From assembly GCF_009914755.1 (NCBI RefSeq), contig NC_060932.1: DNA of 64,000 bases; one strand, 5' to 3'. This document shows, piece by piece, positions 15,331 through 27,717 of the stretch; positions within the stretch are counted from its first letter, which is position 1, and every line of letters starts with the position of its first letter. Both the position numbers and the translations under genes were made by a program. The DNA comes from the human T2T-CHM13v2.0 reference genome, Homo sapiens. Under the pieces are notes generated by a model. The model ran no database searches. It worked only from the letters and a program-made list of their open reading frames with translations, and was not told where the DNA came from.

Positions 15331-15477
15331 AGGGATGTAAGAATAAAAAGGTCAAGTCTAGAGAGACTCACAATGGAGGATAAGTGGTGCTTCTTTTCAT
15401 TGAAATAGAAATCATGTGAGAAACATTTTGAAAGAAAGGTGACCTTTTCTATTTTGGACATACTGGGTTTGAGATGC

Positions 15478-15866
15478 CTGTAGGAAATCCCTCCCTCCCT
15501 CATCAACAAGGGTAGAGTGCATTTCCCTGACCCTTATTACAACTTGCCCATGTAAGTTGAATTGACCAATGAGATGGTAGCAGACTGATGCACACAGAGG
15601 CTTGAAATGTATCTGCTGTTGGGGTATGTTCTCTTGCATTTATGTAATTACAATGGAAAGAACATTTTTCTGTAGTCCAATGGTCTCAAGGGAATGACCT
15701 ATATAATGCATACTTGATTCCAACTGAAGCCAACCTCAACCTAGTTCAGACTAAACCAACCTACTCCACTGACTTCCAAACATGTGTGGACTCATTATTT
15801 TATATCATTAAGATTTGATAGTTATTTGTTACACAGCTTTATTGTGTCAATAGCTGACTGATACAG
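15478..15866 (+). mobile_element. Old MLT1 MaLR LTR
   Basis: Ends with the MLT1-type terminus gttatttgttacacagc...atagctgactgataca. Confidence 0.6.
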
Positions 15867-16716
15867 TCAGCATATGGGTGGTTTTGAAGCAAAAGAAAAT
15901 GAATGTGATTATCCCAATTTACCAATGCAAAGTGAACTCATCCATCTTCTTTCCTCAGACATGCCCGTCCTTTCTTTCTGATCTTGGTAAATTGTCCTAC
16001 CATACATCCAGTTGACAGAACCCGAGTCCTAAGATTCATGCAAGTGTTCTTCCTTTGCTTGACCTCCCACATCTTTGGATGATGAAGATTCCACCCCTTT
16101 ACCATTCTTTTTATCTATTTCCCCACCCTTACTGTTTCATCATTGCTATCACAACTTGCTTTTAATCTGTGGATACCTTGCCTTCATTTTTCCCATTGTA
16201 CTCACTCTCTACTCACATATTCACACACATCCAACTACCCATCCTTTCCATAGCAGTCACTATTATCTTTCTAAGAATAAATCTGATAATTTATCAATGC
16301 CTGCTCCCTCTTTATCTATAGAGTACTGCTCAAACTTCTTAGCCTTAAATTTAACCCCTTTCATCCAGCCCCTGCTCCCGTGCTCAGTCTTCTTTCTTAC
16401 AAAACACCTCTTCCCACCCTAAGTTTATTCCTACCAAACTATTTGCTATTCCCCAAGTTTTACCAGGGTCTCTCAGAACCCCAGACCTGTGCCATCTTTC
16501 CAGAAGTTCTCTTTCCTACTTTTATTTTAACTAACATCCTACATTTTTCAAGACTTAAATCAGCCATCACCACCACTAGTGAGTTTATTTTTACCTATTC
16601 CCCAAGTAAAATGGATCTCCTTTCTTTTATCCCTTCACTGCACCCTGACGGGTTTCTATCCTGGCACCCGTATTATTTCATTGCTTTCATTTGTTTTCAT
16701 GCTGGCTATGCCCATT

Positions 16717-16938
16717 CCCTCTTACCCTTTATATTTCCACAGTCTGGAGCAATAATGGGCTCCTTATAAAAGACAGTGGGTGAATAAATGAATGAGTGAA
16801 CAAAATTAATGGATGGATTGACCTGTTGACAGGTCCCCTCTTACCCTTTGTATTTCCACAGTCTGGAGCAATAATGGGCTCCTTATAAAAGATAGTTGAG
16901 TGAATAAATGAATGAATAAACAATTAATGGATGGATTG
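16717..16938 (+). repeat. Two-copy tandem duplication (period ~119 bp) of an L2 3' end
   Basis: ccctcttaccc...ccacagtctggagcaataatgggctccttataaaaga...ggatggattg at 16717-16820 and 16836-16938. Confidence 0.92.
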
Positions 16939-16974
16939 GACTTCAGATTTCTTTCTGTAATATGCTCTGCTTAC

Positions 16975-17187
16975 CTAACTAAGTTCTCCTTATACATAAC
17001 GCTGGTCTGGGATGGGTTCAGAGTTATGTTGCCATCTTTGTCGCACAGGAAGCTGTCTTCAGTCCAAATATAGTAGCCATTGGTGAGGAGTCTGGGACTT
17101 CGGCGACAGGTATAGTGGGAGCCTGTCAGGGGATCTATGGAGCCGCATTCAAAAGAATGGTAACCATCCAGGGAATCACAGGTGAAA
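16975..17187 (-). CDS. TMEM71: TMEM71 exon 4 (213 nt), SFTCDSLDG...MYKENLVR
   Basis: Lies within ORF 16971..17210. Acceptor ttttccttcttag|TTTC and donor GTTAG|gtaagc. Confidence 0.95.
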
Positions 17188-17776
17188 CTAAGAAGGAAAA
17201 GATAACACACTTTAAATCTCTATTCAGTACATCCAGTCCCAAATAAACCATGTCTCATCACTGTAAAGGAAAATAACATCTTTGCATCCATGACTGTCAA
17301 TTACTTCTGCAACCATTAGGAATGTCACTCTTAATGTTCTGGGCTTCATCTCCTCACCTATGACAGCGTTGAACTACAGAAACTTTAGCGTTTCTTTCTA
17401 TTTTAAACTTCAGTGAAAACACGATGGCTAATCACTTTCCTCACCATATGGTTAACCTACGTTTGATGTTAGTCTATTGTATTTTTTTGGATGGGATGGT
17501 GGAAGCTCAAAATCCCCTCTACTCTCTTACTTTGAATAGCCCTCCAGTTGCCAGATCTTTAATCTTGTCACTGTAGTGACACATTATAACTATGTAGCCA
17601 CCAGAAACACGGTGAACATGCAGTCAAAATGATCATTTTTGGCCTTTGCAAATTTCCCTCCAGGCTGGCTGTACAAATGGGCACACAGTTACCTTCCCTG
17701 ATTTGGTATCCAGGGAAGGCCCATAATTCCTTGAGTAAATCTATATGTGTCTTAGTTTTAAAAAGCAATCACATTG

Positions 17777-17936
17777 AGTTAGGCGTGGTGGCATGTGCCT
17801 ATAGTCCCAGCTACTCAGAAGGCTAAGGCAGGAGGATCCCTTTAGCCCAGGAAGTTCGAAGCTGCAGTGTGCTATTCATGCCTGTGAATAGCCACTGCAC
17901 TCCAGCCTGGGCACCATAGCAAAGACCCTGTATCTA
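17777..17936 (+). mobile_element. FAM (fossil Alu monomer, 7SL-derived)
   Basis: Monomer containing the 7SL-like segment gcctgtgaatagccactgcactccagcc. Degenerate TSD aag(c/g)aatcacat(t/g)g at 17763-17776 and 18075-18088. Confidence 0.8.
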
Positions 17937-18080
17937 AAGGAAGGAAGAAGAGAGAGAGAGAAAAAAAAGAGGGAGAGAGAGAAGGAAAGAAAGGAAGAAA
18001 GGAAGAAGGGAAGGAAGAAAGGAAGGAAGGAAGGAAGGAAGGAAGGAAGGAAGGAAGGAAGGAAGGAAGGAAGGAAGGAA
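17937..18080 (+). repeat. Polypurine tract ending in (GGAA)15 at 18021-18080
   Basis: Counted directly. Derived from the FAM tail. Confidence 0.95.
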
Positions 18081-19099
18081 TCACATGGCCCTATAATTGA
18101 AAGGCAACCAAATTATTGTGAAAATGTTTCATAAATGCAAAGTTTCTTGAGGTGAGCTTTGGTGGAAGCCTGGTGACAATAGTAACAGAGCCATGTTGGA
18201 GAAAAGAATATGTTATGTGTTCTTTCTTCAAAACTGCTTGGTTTTTTTCCCTCTTTTCTCCCTTAAAAATTATTTCTCTTTGTCCTAAACCCCAGCTAAT
18301 CTCACTGTGATTTTTGTGTATGTATGTCTGCCTCAGTAATTATTTTATACATTACTGGAGGGCAGATACTGTAAGCCTAAAAAATGTTCAGTATGTAAAT
18401 AAACTCAATGCCAGTTACTGAACGAAATCACCTGACAGGCTATGGAAATCTGGTAAAACCTATGAAAATATATATTGTCTGAATATATTTGAATTCTTGG
18501 GGTGGTTTTTTGTGACTCAATTAACAGCACTGATAGTATAATAGCTCTCATGTGCTCTTTACCTTGATGTTTTCAGTAATTTCTACATATTATGTATTCC
18601 ACTTAATTGCATAAATTGGGACCATATGCTTCCAGAAAATCACAGATTCTAAGAATCAGGAGTTTTGGCGGTCATGTCTGCAGCCCCACCAAATTCTGCT
18701 TGTTCCATCTGCTGTATTTCCGACAAACATTGTCCCGTCTCTGCATGCACACCTTCAGTAAGAAGGACCCCACACTTACTAAGCACCCCCACAACCCTTC
18801 ACTGAACAAATATGGACTGCAGCATAGTGGACAAGACAGGGAATCTGAAGTCAATCCCCCTCTAAGCCCATAATTCCAACTCTGTCATTGCTTAGGTGAG
18901 TAACATTAATCCAGTCACTTAGCCTCTCAGACTGTTTCCTTATCTGTAAAACGAGAAAAAAATCTCCATTATCGGGTTATCTTAATAATTAAATAATGAA
19001 ATAAATGGTCTGTGCTTAGCACCTAGTATGGGCTTAATAAATGTTCACTTCCTCCCTTCTTTTCTTTCCCTTCCTTTTCTGTTCCTTCTATCTTCCATT

Positions 19100-20100
19100 T
19101 GAGATCTATTCAGCTATTTAAAGAGAGTTTCCATGTCCTCCCTGGGTCCTCACTTCTCCATACTAAAAGCCCTCCAGTTCATTTAATTCATCTTTACATG
19201 ACATGATGTAGTTTTGATCCCTTAGCTATCATAGTTTGATGGCTTTTCTCTGAGTATTCTCCACTTTTTAGAGTTCCTCTTAAATATCATGCCAACCATA
19301 GAACCCAGCCCTTTAGGTGTGTCTGCCCAAGGGATATAGGGACTATCACCTCCCTCATTATAGAATCCATGTCTTTAGCAATGAAGCTTAAGTCACATTA
19401 GCTTGATTCTTTTTTTTCCCTCCAGTTACCAACATATTATCACACTATTAAATAGACTATGAAGTCTACGGCCATACCACCCTGAACGTGCCTGATCTCA
19501 TCTAAATAAACTATCGATTTCTAGTCTTTTTCCTGTATATTTAGATGTACCTTTCCTCTCTTAGACTTTTGGACCAATTTTATATTACAAGGTCAATATG
19601 TAATTAAGACTTTGCAGATAGAGCTAGGTTTATACCCTTGGTTTCAATCCTGGCTCTACCTCTTGCTAATTATTCTCTCCAAGGTTTAGTTGTTGTTGTT
19701 GTTGTTGTTGTTGTTTTTAACAAATGTGAATCTGTGCAGTAAAGATCAACCAAAATAAACCTCATAGATTTCTATAAATATTTAATGTCATAATTTAATG
19801 GAGGTTGTTAATGCCTATGCTTTCCATTGCCTAAGGGTGGTAAGCTAAATATGTTGGCTACTATTTGAATGGCTATTCATTTTGTGCTGTTAGAATTTTG
19901 AGGGATTCTGATTATGTTACACAATACTTTTAATACATTTACATGATGTCATACAAATATGTTATCCCTGGAATCTCTATGTCCTCAATCCAAATCATTG
20001 ATAAAAATATTGAATAGTACAGGTAGAAATTTGAGACTTTGGAAACATCAAAAGGGACTATTTCCAGACATGCACTGACCCACTTTAACAGCACATTTTG
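19100..20100 (-). mobile_element. CR1/L3 fragments (interrupted)
   Basis: CR1-like text such as tccaaatcattgataaaaatattgaatagtacagg. Weak and diverged. Confidence 0.45.
19464..19503 (+). pseudogene. 5S rRNA 5'-end fragment (nt 1-40) retropseudogene
   Basis: GTCTACGGCCATACCACCCTGAACGTGCCTGATCTCATCT versus 5S GTCTACGGCCATACCACCCTGAACGCGCCCGATCTCGTCT, 37/40 identical. Confidence 0.92.
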
Positions 20101-21593
20101 GTTCTTCTTACCCCTATTAATAAATATGAAAATGGAGGCTCCAGTAGGTTAAATTCATTGTTCAATAACTGACGGCTTACAAGTGGGAGAGGCAAGGTAA
20201 AAATCTAGATCTTTTTTTCTCCTACTCTAGTGCTCTTTCTTCTACATCCTTTTGCCTCTGTGAGAATTAATGGGGCAACTATATGGTGCTGGACGCTTAC
20301 GAGGTTTCAGAGTTCTGGACCTGTATTTCTATCTGCACTCCAATTTCCAAGTCTTCAACATTCAACAGTTATCAACTGTAGCCTCCCTAATCCCCTGGCA
20401 TCTTTCCTTTATAATGCCCCTACCTTTATCTATCCTCTCTTGATTGTAAACGAAATGAAGACACTCTTCCAACACCTGGATCATAGTTTAAAAAAAGGAC
20501 CCCTCTGAACAATATCAAACCTTTAGAGCAGATAACAAAATTTTCTCTAGATCTTGACTCTTGCTTCATTCTGCTCTAATAAATTTAGTAGTGGATTCGT
20601 TTTTAGCGGGTCCTTTCCAATTGGTTTCTAAAGTCCAATCCCACAGCAAAGTCCAGCAACAAGCCCAACTGCCCAAAGACAAAGCCCTTTCTTTTCTTGT
20701 GAGTTTACTGACTAGGCCTTAGAAGAGCCTAAATCATGCCTCCTAGGATAGGACAAAGACTGGTTGGTGAAAGGACAAATATCATTAGGACCATTAAAAA
20801 ATGTTAGATAATTACACACTGATAGATTACAGAAGGTCTCTCATCCTTCTACACATCTGCCAAATGCTCTACTGAATTTCTGATATTTTTACATCTAAAA
20901 GCTTATATACAATGAATATATGCACTCAGCCCTGTAATAAAATACTGTTTCAAATTAATGAGAGTTATTGAACACTTAGCATGAGCCTGGCCCCCTATTT
21001 TGCCCTTTATCTACTCTTCACAAATCTCTACAAGCTAAGTATCATTATCCTCATCATATAGCAGGAAAAAATGATTTACAAAAACAGCAAATTACTTGGA
21101 TATTTTACATAGCTAGTAAGTGGCAGAGCTATGATATGAAGCCTAGTCTATCTGACTCTAAAACATGGATTCTTTCCACATGTGCCTCTGTTCATATTGA
21201 TTCGTTTGCTAGTATCAGGAGGCCTACAATTTACAAGAAGGAGCAGGTCCTAAAATGAATATATGATCTGTTTATGCTATAGGCACATTTCACAATGCTA
21301 GGGGAAACATCAACTGATGTCTGTATAAGGAATAAGAGACAGTCAGAGAGTCATTAAAAAAAGAAAGAAAAAAGACTTCCTTGTAGTACTTCAAGAAAAT
21401 GGTAGACTGCACATGTTTTGGTAGAGCATAAAATTAGGCCATTGGTATAGAATTCTGTTGCTCTTGTAAAACAAGATAGGAAAGCATATTTAAAAAGACA
21501 TCAGATTGAGACAAAGTAACAATTCATCAGTATTCAATAGTTTCACCACTCACCAGAGAAACAATTCACAACTGCCCATATATTGACACTAAC

Positions 21594-21596
21594 ATA

Positions 21597-21632
<36 letters not shown>
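21594..21632. repeat. (TA)n microsatellite
   Basis: Seen directly. Confidence 0.9.
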
Positions 21633-21635
<3 letters not shown>

Positions 21636-21723
21636 TTATTCTATTAGGCAAGTTTTTATTTAGTATGTACATGGCAGCAAAAAGAAATAACCTTTCAAAA
21701 CTAGATGATAGCTAAAATAATAA

Positions 21724-22077
<354 letters not shown>

Positions 22078-22086
22078 GAAGAATGA

Positions 22087-22383
22087 TTTTTTTTTTAGAC
22101 AAGTCTCTCTCTGTCGCCCAGGTTGGAGGGCAGTGGTGGGATCTCGGCTCACCGCAAGCTCCGCCTCCTGGATTCACGTCATTCTCCCGCCTCAGGCTCT
22201 CAAGTAGCTGGGACTGCAGGGGCCCGCCACCACGCAGCGCTGATTTTTTTTTTTTTTGTATTTTTAGTGGAGACGGGGTTTCACCGTGTTAGCCAGGATG
22301 GTCTCCATCTCCTGACCTCGTGATCCGCCTGCCTCGGCCTCCCAAAGTGCTGGGATTACAGGCATGAGCCACCACGCCCGGCC
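22087..22383 (-). mobile_element. AluY-like
   Basis: gcaagctccgcctcc and gttagccaggatggtctc. TSD agaatgatt at 22080 and 22384. Confidence 0.93.
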
Positions 22384-22421
22384 AGAATGATTATTTTTTT
22401 AAAAGAAGCCCCATAGTATAC

Positions 22422-22482
22422 CTTGGGAAAATGCACGTGGGAGACAGCTCTCCAGCATATTCTCTTTCCAACCTGGAAGAAC
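22422..22482 (-). CDS. TMEM71: TMEM71 exon 3 (61 nt), SSSRLEREYAGELSPTCIFP
   Basis: Acceptor ttatgcag|GTTCTT and donor CCCAAG|gtatac. Phases 1 and 2 fit the neighbouring exons. Confidence 0.92.
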
Positions 22483-22733
22483 CTGCATAAACAAATGAGA
22501 GAGAAGTAGAATGTATCATACCTGATCAACAGTTACATATGTTGATACATGTATCAATATGTATAACTGCAAACAGTGGAGGCATGTAAGAAGATGGGAA
22601 TAGCTGATGTTCCAGCTTCAGCAGGAAGACTCCAGTAGTGCAGGTACCCTTATCACCAGGGATCTACCGGAAGCAAGACATAAACTAGAGGCTTCTATCT
22701 TCTGTTCCTTCATCCACATAACACTCTAGAAGT

Positions 22734-23063
<330 letters not shown>

Positions 23064-24024
23064 TCATTAGCATCAAACTGAGCTCATGTAAGGATGGGAA
23101 AAAACGTCTTGTGTGAAGCAGGAGAAAACCCAAATCAATTACCCAATGTGTTGGTTATTGCAGCTTACTCAGTAATCTGAGGAATTCAATCATTGTTCTA
23201 GACTCTCCCTCATTAGTGCATATTAAAACACTTCTACTGTAAAATAATGAGCAAAAGACATTAGTGGGGAAGAAATAAAGTTTTGTTTTGTTTTATATAA
23301 CATTTTTCCAAAGTATAAAGACTGTGAGTATTCTTAATTATAGAAACATCATCCATTCATTCATTCCATTTTAACCAAAGGCGTGGCAACAGACTTTACT
23401 TGGAGAAAGTTGGAGTTGATTAATATTCTAAACTCTAAAGCAGAATTTTATCGTGTGCAGAGATGGTGTCAATAGTCCTAACAGACAAGCTAGTGAAATT
23501 TGATTCCATTATGGACAATTAGTATCTAGGACAAAGAAAGGAATTTAGACTTTCAGATTGGGCTGGTTGATTTGTAGGGAGAAAACTGTGGGTGTGTGAG
23601 GGAGAGTTAGAAGTGGGGTTTTGGGAGAAAATAACAAGAGGAAGGAAGAAACTTGAAACCACTACCGTTTTAACAGCGCCCTTATTTTCTGCAAGTAGCT
23701 ATCAAAATCATTCAGCATTTTTTATATACAAACAGTTTTGCATCTTAATAGTAGCTGATAAACAATCTCCTTTCACATTTATGCACAGGCATCTAAAAAA
23801 AAACGGTGATTTTTTTTTTCTACTAGAAGGAAAAATACCACATTTCTTTCAAGGAAAAAAATGAAGTTAAAATCATTGCCAAAGTGAACACTGGCATTTA
23901 AGAAGCACAAGCTACTGACAGATGGTTAATGGTCTGAGTATCAGCAAAATCAAAGCAAGGAAATTGCTAAAAGGAGTCTAATCGTTCAAAAGATAATTGC
24001 GTATCACAGTTCTTCTACATTTAC

Positions 24025-24064
24025 TTGCTACTGGTGTTGACATCAGTTGAGATATTCGGTACAT
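24025..24064 (-). CDS. TMEM71: TMEM71 exon 2 coding part (whole exon 24025-24100, 36 nt 5'UTR), MYRISQLMSTPVA
   Basis: Acceptor tcttttgcag|AGAATC at 24101/24100, caagATG at 24064, donor GCAA|gtaaat at 24024. 40 coding nt. Confidence 0.92.
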
Positions 24065-25549
24065 CTTGGGAAGGCCGCTTGCTCAAACTTCACAGATTCT
24101 CTGCAAAAGATGTTAAAAAAAAGGTGGACTATATATTAAAAATAGAAAAATTATGCCAAAACAGATGGCATCTACTAATTGCACTAGTCAGATTTGTTTA
24201 CTGAAATAATACAGAGATACAGAATTGAAGGTAGGAGACCAGACTGAAGACACAATCCCTCTAAAGTTGTGTCTGCCTCTATGACTGAACATTTTCCATT
24301 GCCTCACTCAGTGCATCTCAATAACATTTTTCTGTAAATAAGAACCACACTTTATTTGGAAAATCTAGACTTAAAAAGGTTGATTTGTAATCCAAAGAAA
24401 ATAATGAAAGTGAGGTATTTGATTAAGAAATCTTAATAAAATGACTGGTTCTAACAGTCATTTAGCCCCAAAACAAACTTACGTGTATTTTAATCATCTG
24501 ACACAAGTCAACTTCATTATCAAGTTTCAAACAGTGCTTGGAGATTGGTGTCTGTCTTTTTCCCAACAACTTGAACCATTGACAGGTAGTCACAGAGAGT
24601 GTTTTTTAATAGTTTTTATCAGCCTGGACATTCCTAAACAGCATAAGTAATGTTGCACTAAAGATAGCATACCATTGGGAAGATTTTAGAACTTAGTTCC
24701 CATGAAGACATGATTTAATTTCTCAATTACTAATTAAAAACATATCAAAGTATGTAAATTATGCAAACTTTGATCATTTACTGTTCATCAAATAGAACCA
24801 ACTTCTGTTGACTATGAAACTTTGTATATAGTATCACTATCCTAATCGCTTTATAAGGTAGGAGTAAATTATTTTCTGATTCACCACTTATGGCCACATT
24901 TTGTAACATGAGAACTAGTAATGGATTGTTTTTGTAGCTGTAATTCAATCAATCAAACCAGGCTAATTCTACAGCTTCAAGTTGAATATTTCAATAAATT
25001 ATATATAAACCCTATTAGGAAAATATAAACCTGGTTTATAGAGACCTGTAAAGATGTCAGGAGAACTTTCTGGCCTTCCTTGGAAGATTTCTAAATCAAA
25101 GCACACATTTACAAATTTCATTTGTTTGGGATATAAAATAATCCCAGTGTAATGTAATATATTAGTATGTTACTTGTTCTTTTCATTTTTGATCAATATT
25201 GTACGGGTATGCCCAGCCCAAATTACCTTATTTTAGTGTTCCCCAAGTATTAAGCTTAATTTTAAGCCTATAAATCCTGCAGCAAAAGAAGGTCTTATTG
25301 CTCTATCTCACAAGTGCTTAGAAGAATCTACAGGCAGTACACTGACATTCAATAGAAAATTAGTAACAGTAGGAAAAAAAAAAAGCCCTTCAGTTACAGA
25401 TCTAAAACTTTTCAAGAAACAGAATCTGCCAGTTCCATCAAAGCGACACATCTATTCTGAAAAATAATGTGTGCATACGTGTTCCTTCCAAAGGGAGTTC
25501 CCAGCCTCTTCTTCCAATTGACAAAGGACAAAATTATTACTGAAATACG

Positions 25550-26010
25550 AAGCTTCCTGTGGTTGACAGTGGAAAAATTGAGGACTGAGCAGTTCCTCGG
25601 CTGAAAAATGTCTGAATGTCAACAGGTGCAGAAGTCTCTTAATAAAGGGAATCCCACCCTACCTTCTTCTCACAGATGCCCACGCACATTGCTGTGCACA
25701 GGTGCTTGCAGAGAAGTTTTGTCTTCGGCAGCCTCTTGTTCTCTTGTCTGTTTCCTGGTATAAATGAGTGTATAGTTCTTGGGAAAGTCAGTCTTACAAC
25801 TTCTCTTGTTTTCTTTTGAAAACAGCCTGCGTAACCAGAGGCAAAGAAGCAGAATGAGGTCACACTTCCTGTTGGGCTCACATCAGTGGCATTCACACTG
25901 AGGAGTGTGCTGAAGATTTCAGAGAGTTTCCTGGGCCAGCAGCAGGGAATGTGCAGCCCATGTGTCAGGCCAGCTGGTTACACCCTGGTCACTGGAGGGG
26001 TGGTTTTCTG
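25550..26010 (-). promoter_or_regulatory. Putative TMEM71 non-CpG-island promoter with ETS and RUNX motifs
   Basis: ACAGGAAGTG on the minus strand at 25863-25872. Overlapping ETS/RUNX CTTCCTGTGGTT at 25553-25564. Motif evidence only. Confidence 0.45.
25663..25800 (-). other. TMEM71: TMEM71 probable non-coding exon 1 (5' boundary approximate)
   Basis: Donor AAG|GTAGGG on the minus strand with GT at 25662-25661, about 1.56 kb upstream of exon 2. An ETS motif lies just upstream. The TSS cannot be fixed from sequence. Confidence 0.65.
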
Positions 26011-26789
26011 AGCTAACTTGTCACCTTTGGCTGCGAGAACGTGAGAAAGACTCAGCGAACTGACATTTCTTGCTCATCATATGGCCACATTCAGTTATAA
26101 GTAGTGCAGAGTAGTGATCTTTGTCCAAATCACTTAAATTTATTGAGGATAATGCACTGATGCTATTAAATTCAGAATACTATTAAATAGCAAGAGCTTG
26201 ATCTTATGAAAATTTCTATAGAGGCAATAGGTTTATCTAATGAAGGTTGGACTTCACAAAAAACTCTATAGATGGCATTTTACATTTACATTATAGTAGA
26301 GCTCAAAGACTTGATGGTGTTTATGGGTTCATACACATCTGTACTACTGTAAGTGATAAAAGAAATGTACATTCAAATATATATTCCAGCAACATTGAGG
26401 TACCACTGCATAGTGGAAAGAGTGCGGATTCTGGGGTCACAAGACAGAAATTCAACCTGTCTACCATCCTAGCTGTGTGACCTCAGATTTGTGACTTACC
26501 CCTCTGAGTTGCAGTTTTCTCAATTATAAACATAAAAATATATATGTCATATGATGGCTTGAAGAATTAAATGAAATAAAAGAAATGAGAAATAATCGAG
26601 TCCTCAGCACAGATGTGCAAGGTGTATTCTTTATTTGTTTTCTTAAATAAAGTTCTCTTCTGAGGCACCAGTTGGTCCGGCTGGCGGAAAAGTTAATCTC
26701 ATCCTTTCCTGGGGTTCCCTTTCCCCCTGAGGTTCTGCCACATGGCAGGATCTTCTGTAGAACATGTTCTAGGCAGCAGGAACTGTCAG

Positions 26790-27310
26790 GAGGAGGGCCC
26801 ATCTAATTTCAAAGTTCTCTGTCTCTGGAACTTCATGTCTATTCTCCATCCCTTGAGTGTAGACTGAGGCTGCTGACATGCTCCTTGTAAATAAAGTAAG
26901 GCAAAGGTGCTGAGTTTCCACTACCATGATGAGGCTTCCATCTTGTTGGACTCTATTACTTTCTTGCTTGCCTGCTTTGATGAAGCAAGCTGCCATGGTG
27001 GAGAAGCCCATGTGTCAAGGAATCAAGAGTGGTCTCAAAAGCCAGTAAGGGTCTGATGCTCCATCCAACAGCCAGGAATCCAGCCAAAAACCAAGTGTGT
27101 GAGCTTGGAAGTGGATCCTTCTCCAGTTGAGCCTTGAGCTGACTGCAGCCCCATCTAATGCTCGATTGGAACTGGGAAAGACCCAGAAGCAGACAACCCA
27201 GGCTAGCCCTGCCCAGCTCCCTGGCCCACGCAAACTGGGAAGTGACAAATGGTATTTCAAGCCACCACGTTTTGAGGTAATTTGTTACACAGCAACACAT
27301 AGCAGATGCA
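26790..27310 (+). mobile_element. MLT1F/G-like MaLR LTR
   Basis: gagcttggaagtggatccttctccagttgagcct...gactgcagcccc...gaggtaatttgttacacagcaa. 5' boundary uncertain. Confidence 0.7.
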
Positions 27311-27717
27311 TAGTCCTAACACAGGTCACTTCCTGAGCCATCTGTCATTGCTGACTCTCTGCTGCTTTAGTGACTCCTGTAGAATATAGTCACATTTACT
27401 CAAGGCTACTCCTGGTCACATCTGCCTAAATTTAACAGACAGCTATTCTGCTTCACAGCTGTCTGGTATTCTCTTTACTGGAATTCACAGTTCTCTTCTT
27501 CTCCTTTTCCTGTTTTTCTTATCCCTCATCCTCCCTCTTCCAGCCTTGGCTTATCTCTTCTAGATGAGGGAGGAAAATCTTTCTGACTTATTCGAGACCC
27601 TCTGCTCTTCCTGTGCCCACAAATCCACTTTTCCGAAGAGCTCACATCAGAAAGACTTTGGTCTACTTTTTTTTTTTTTAAAGATCTGGCACATATTAGA
27701 ACCTTATTATTAATGAT

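Noticed and set aside
16717-16938. Direct repeats with a short spacer as a possible CRISPR-like array
   Set aside because: Only two long copies, derived from an L2 tail in mammalian DNA, and no cas genes.
19464-19503. Functional 5S rRNA gene
   Set aside because: Only 40 of about 120 nt. It lacks the internal Pol III promoter and terminator and shows CpG decay.
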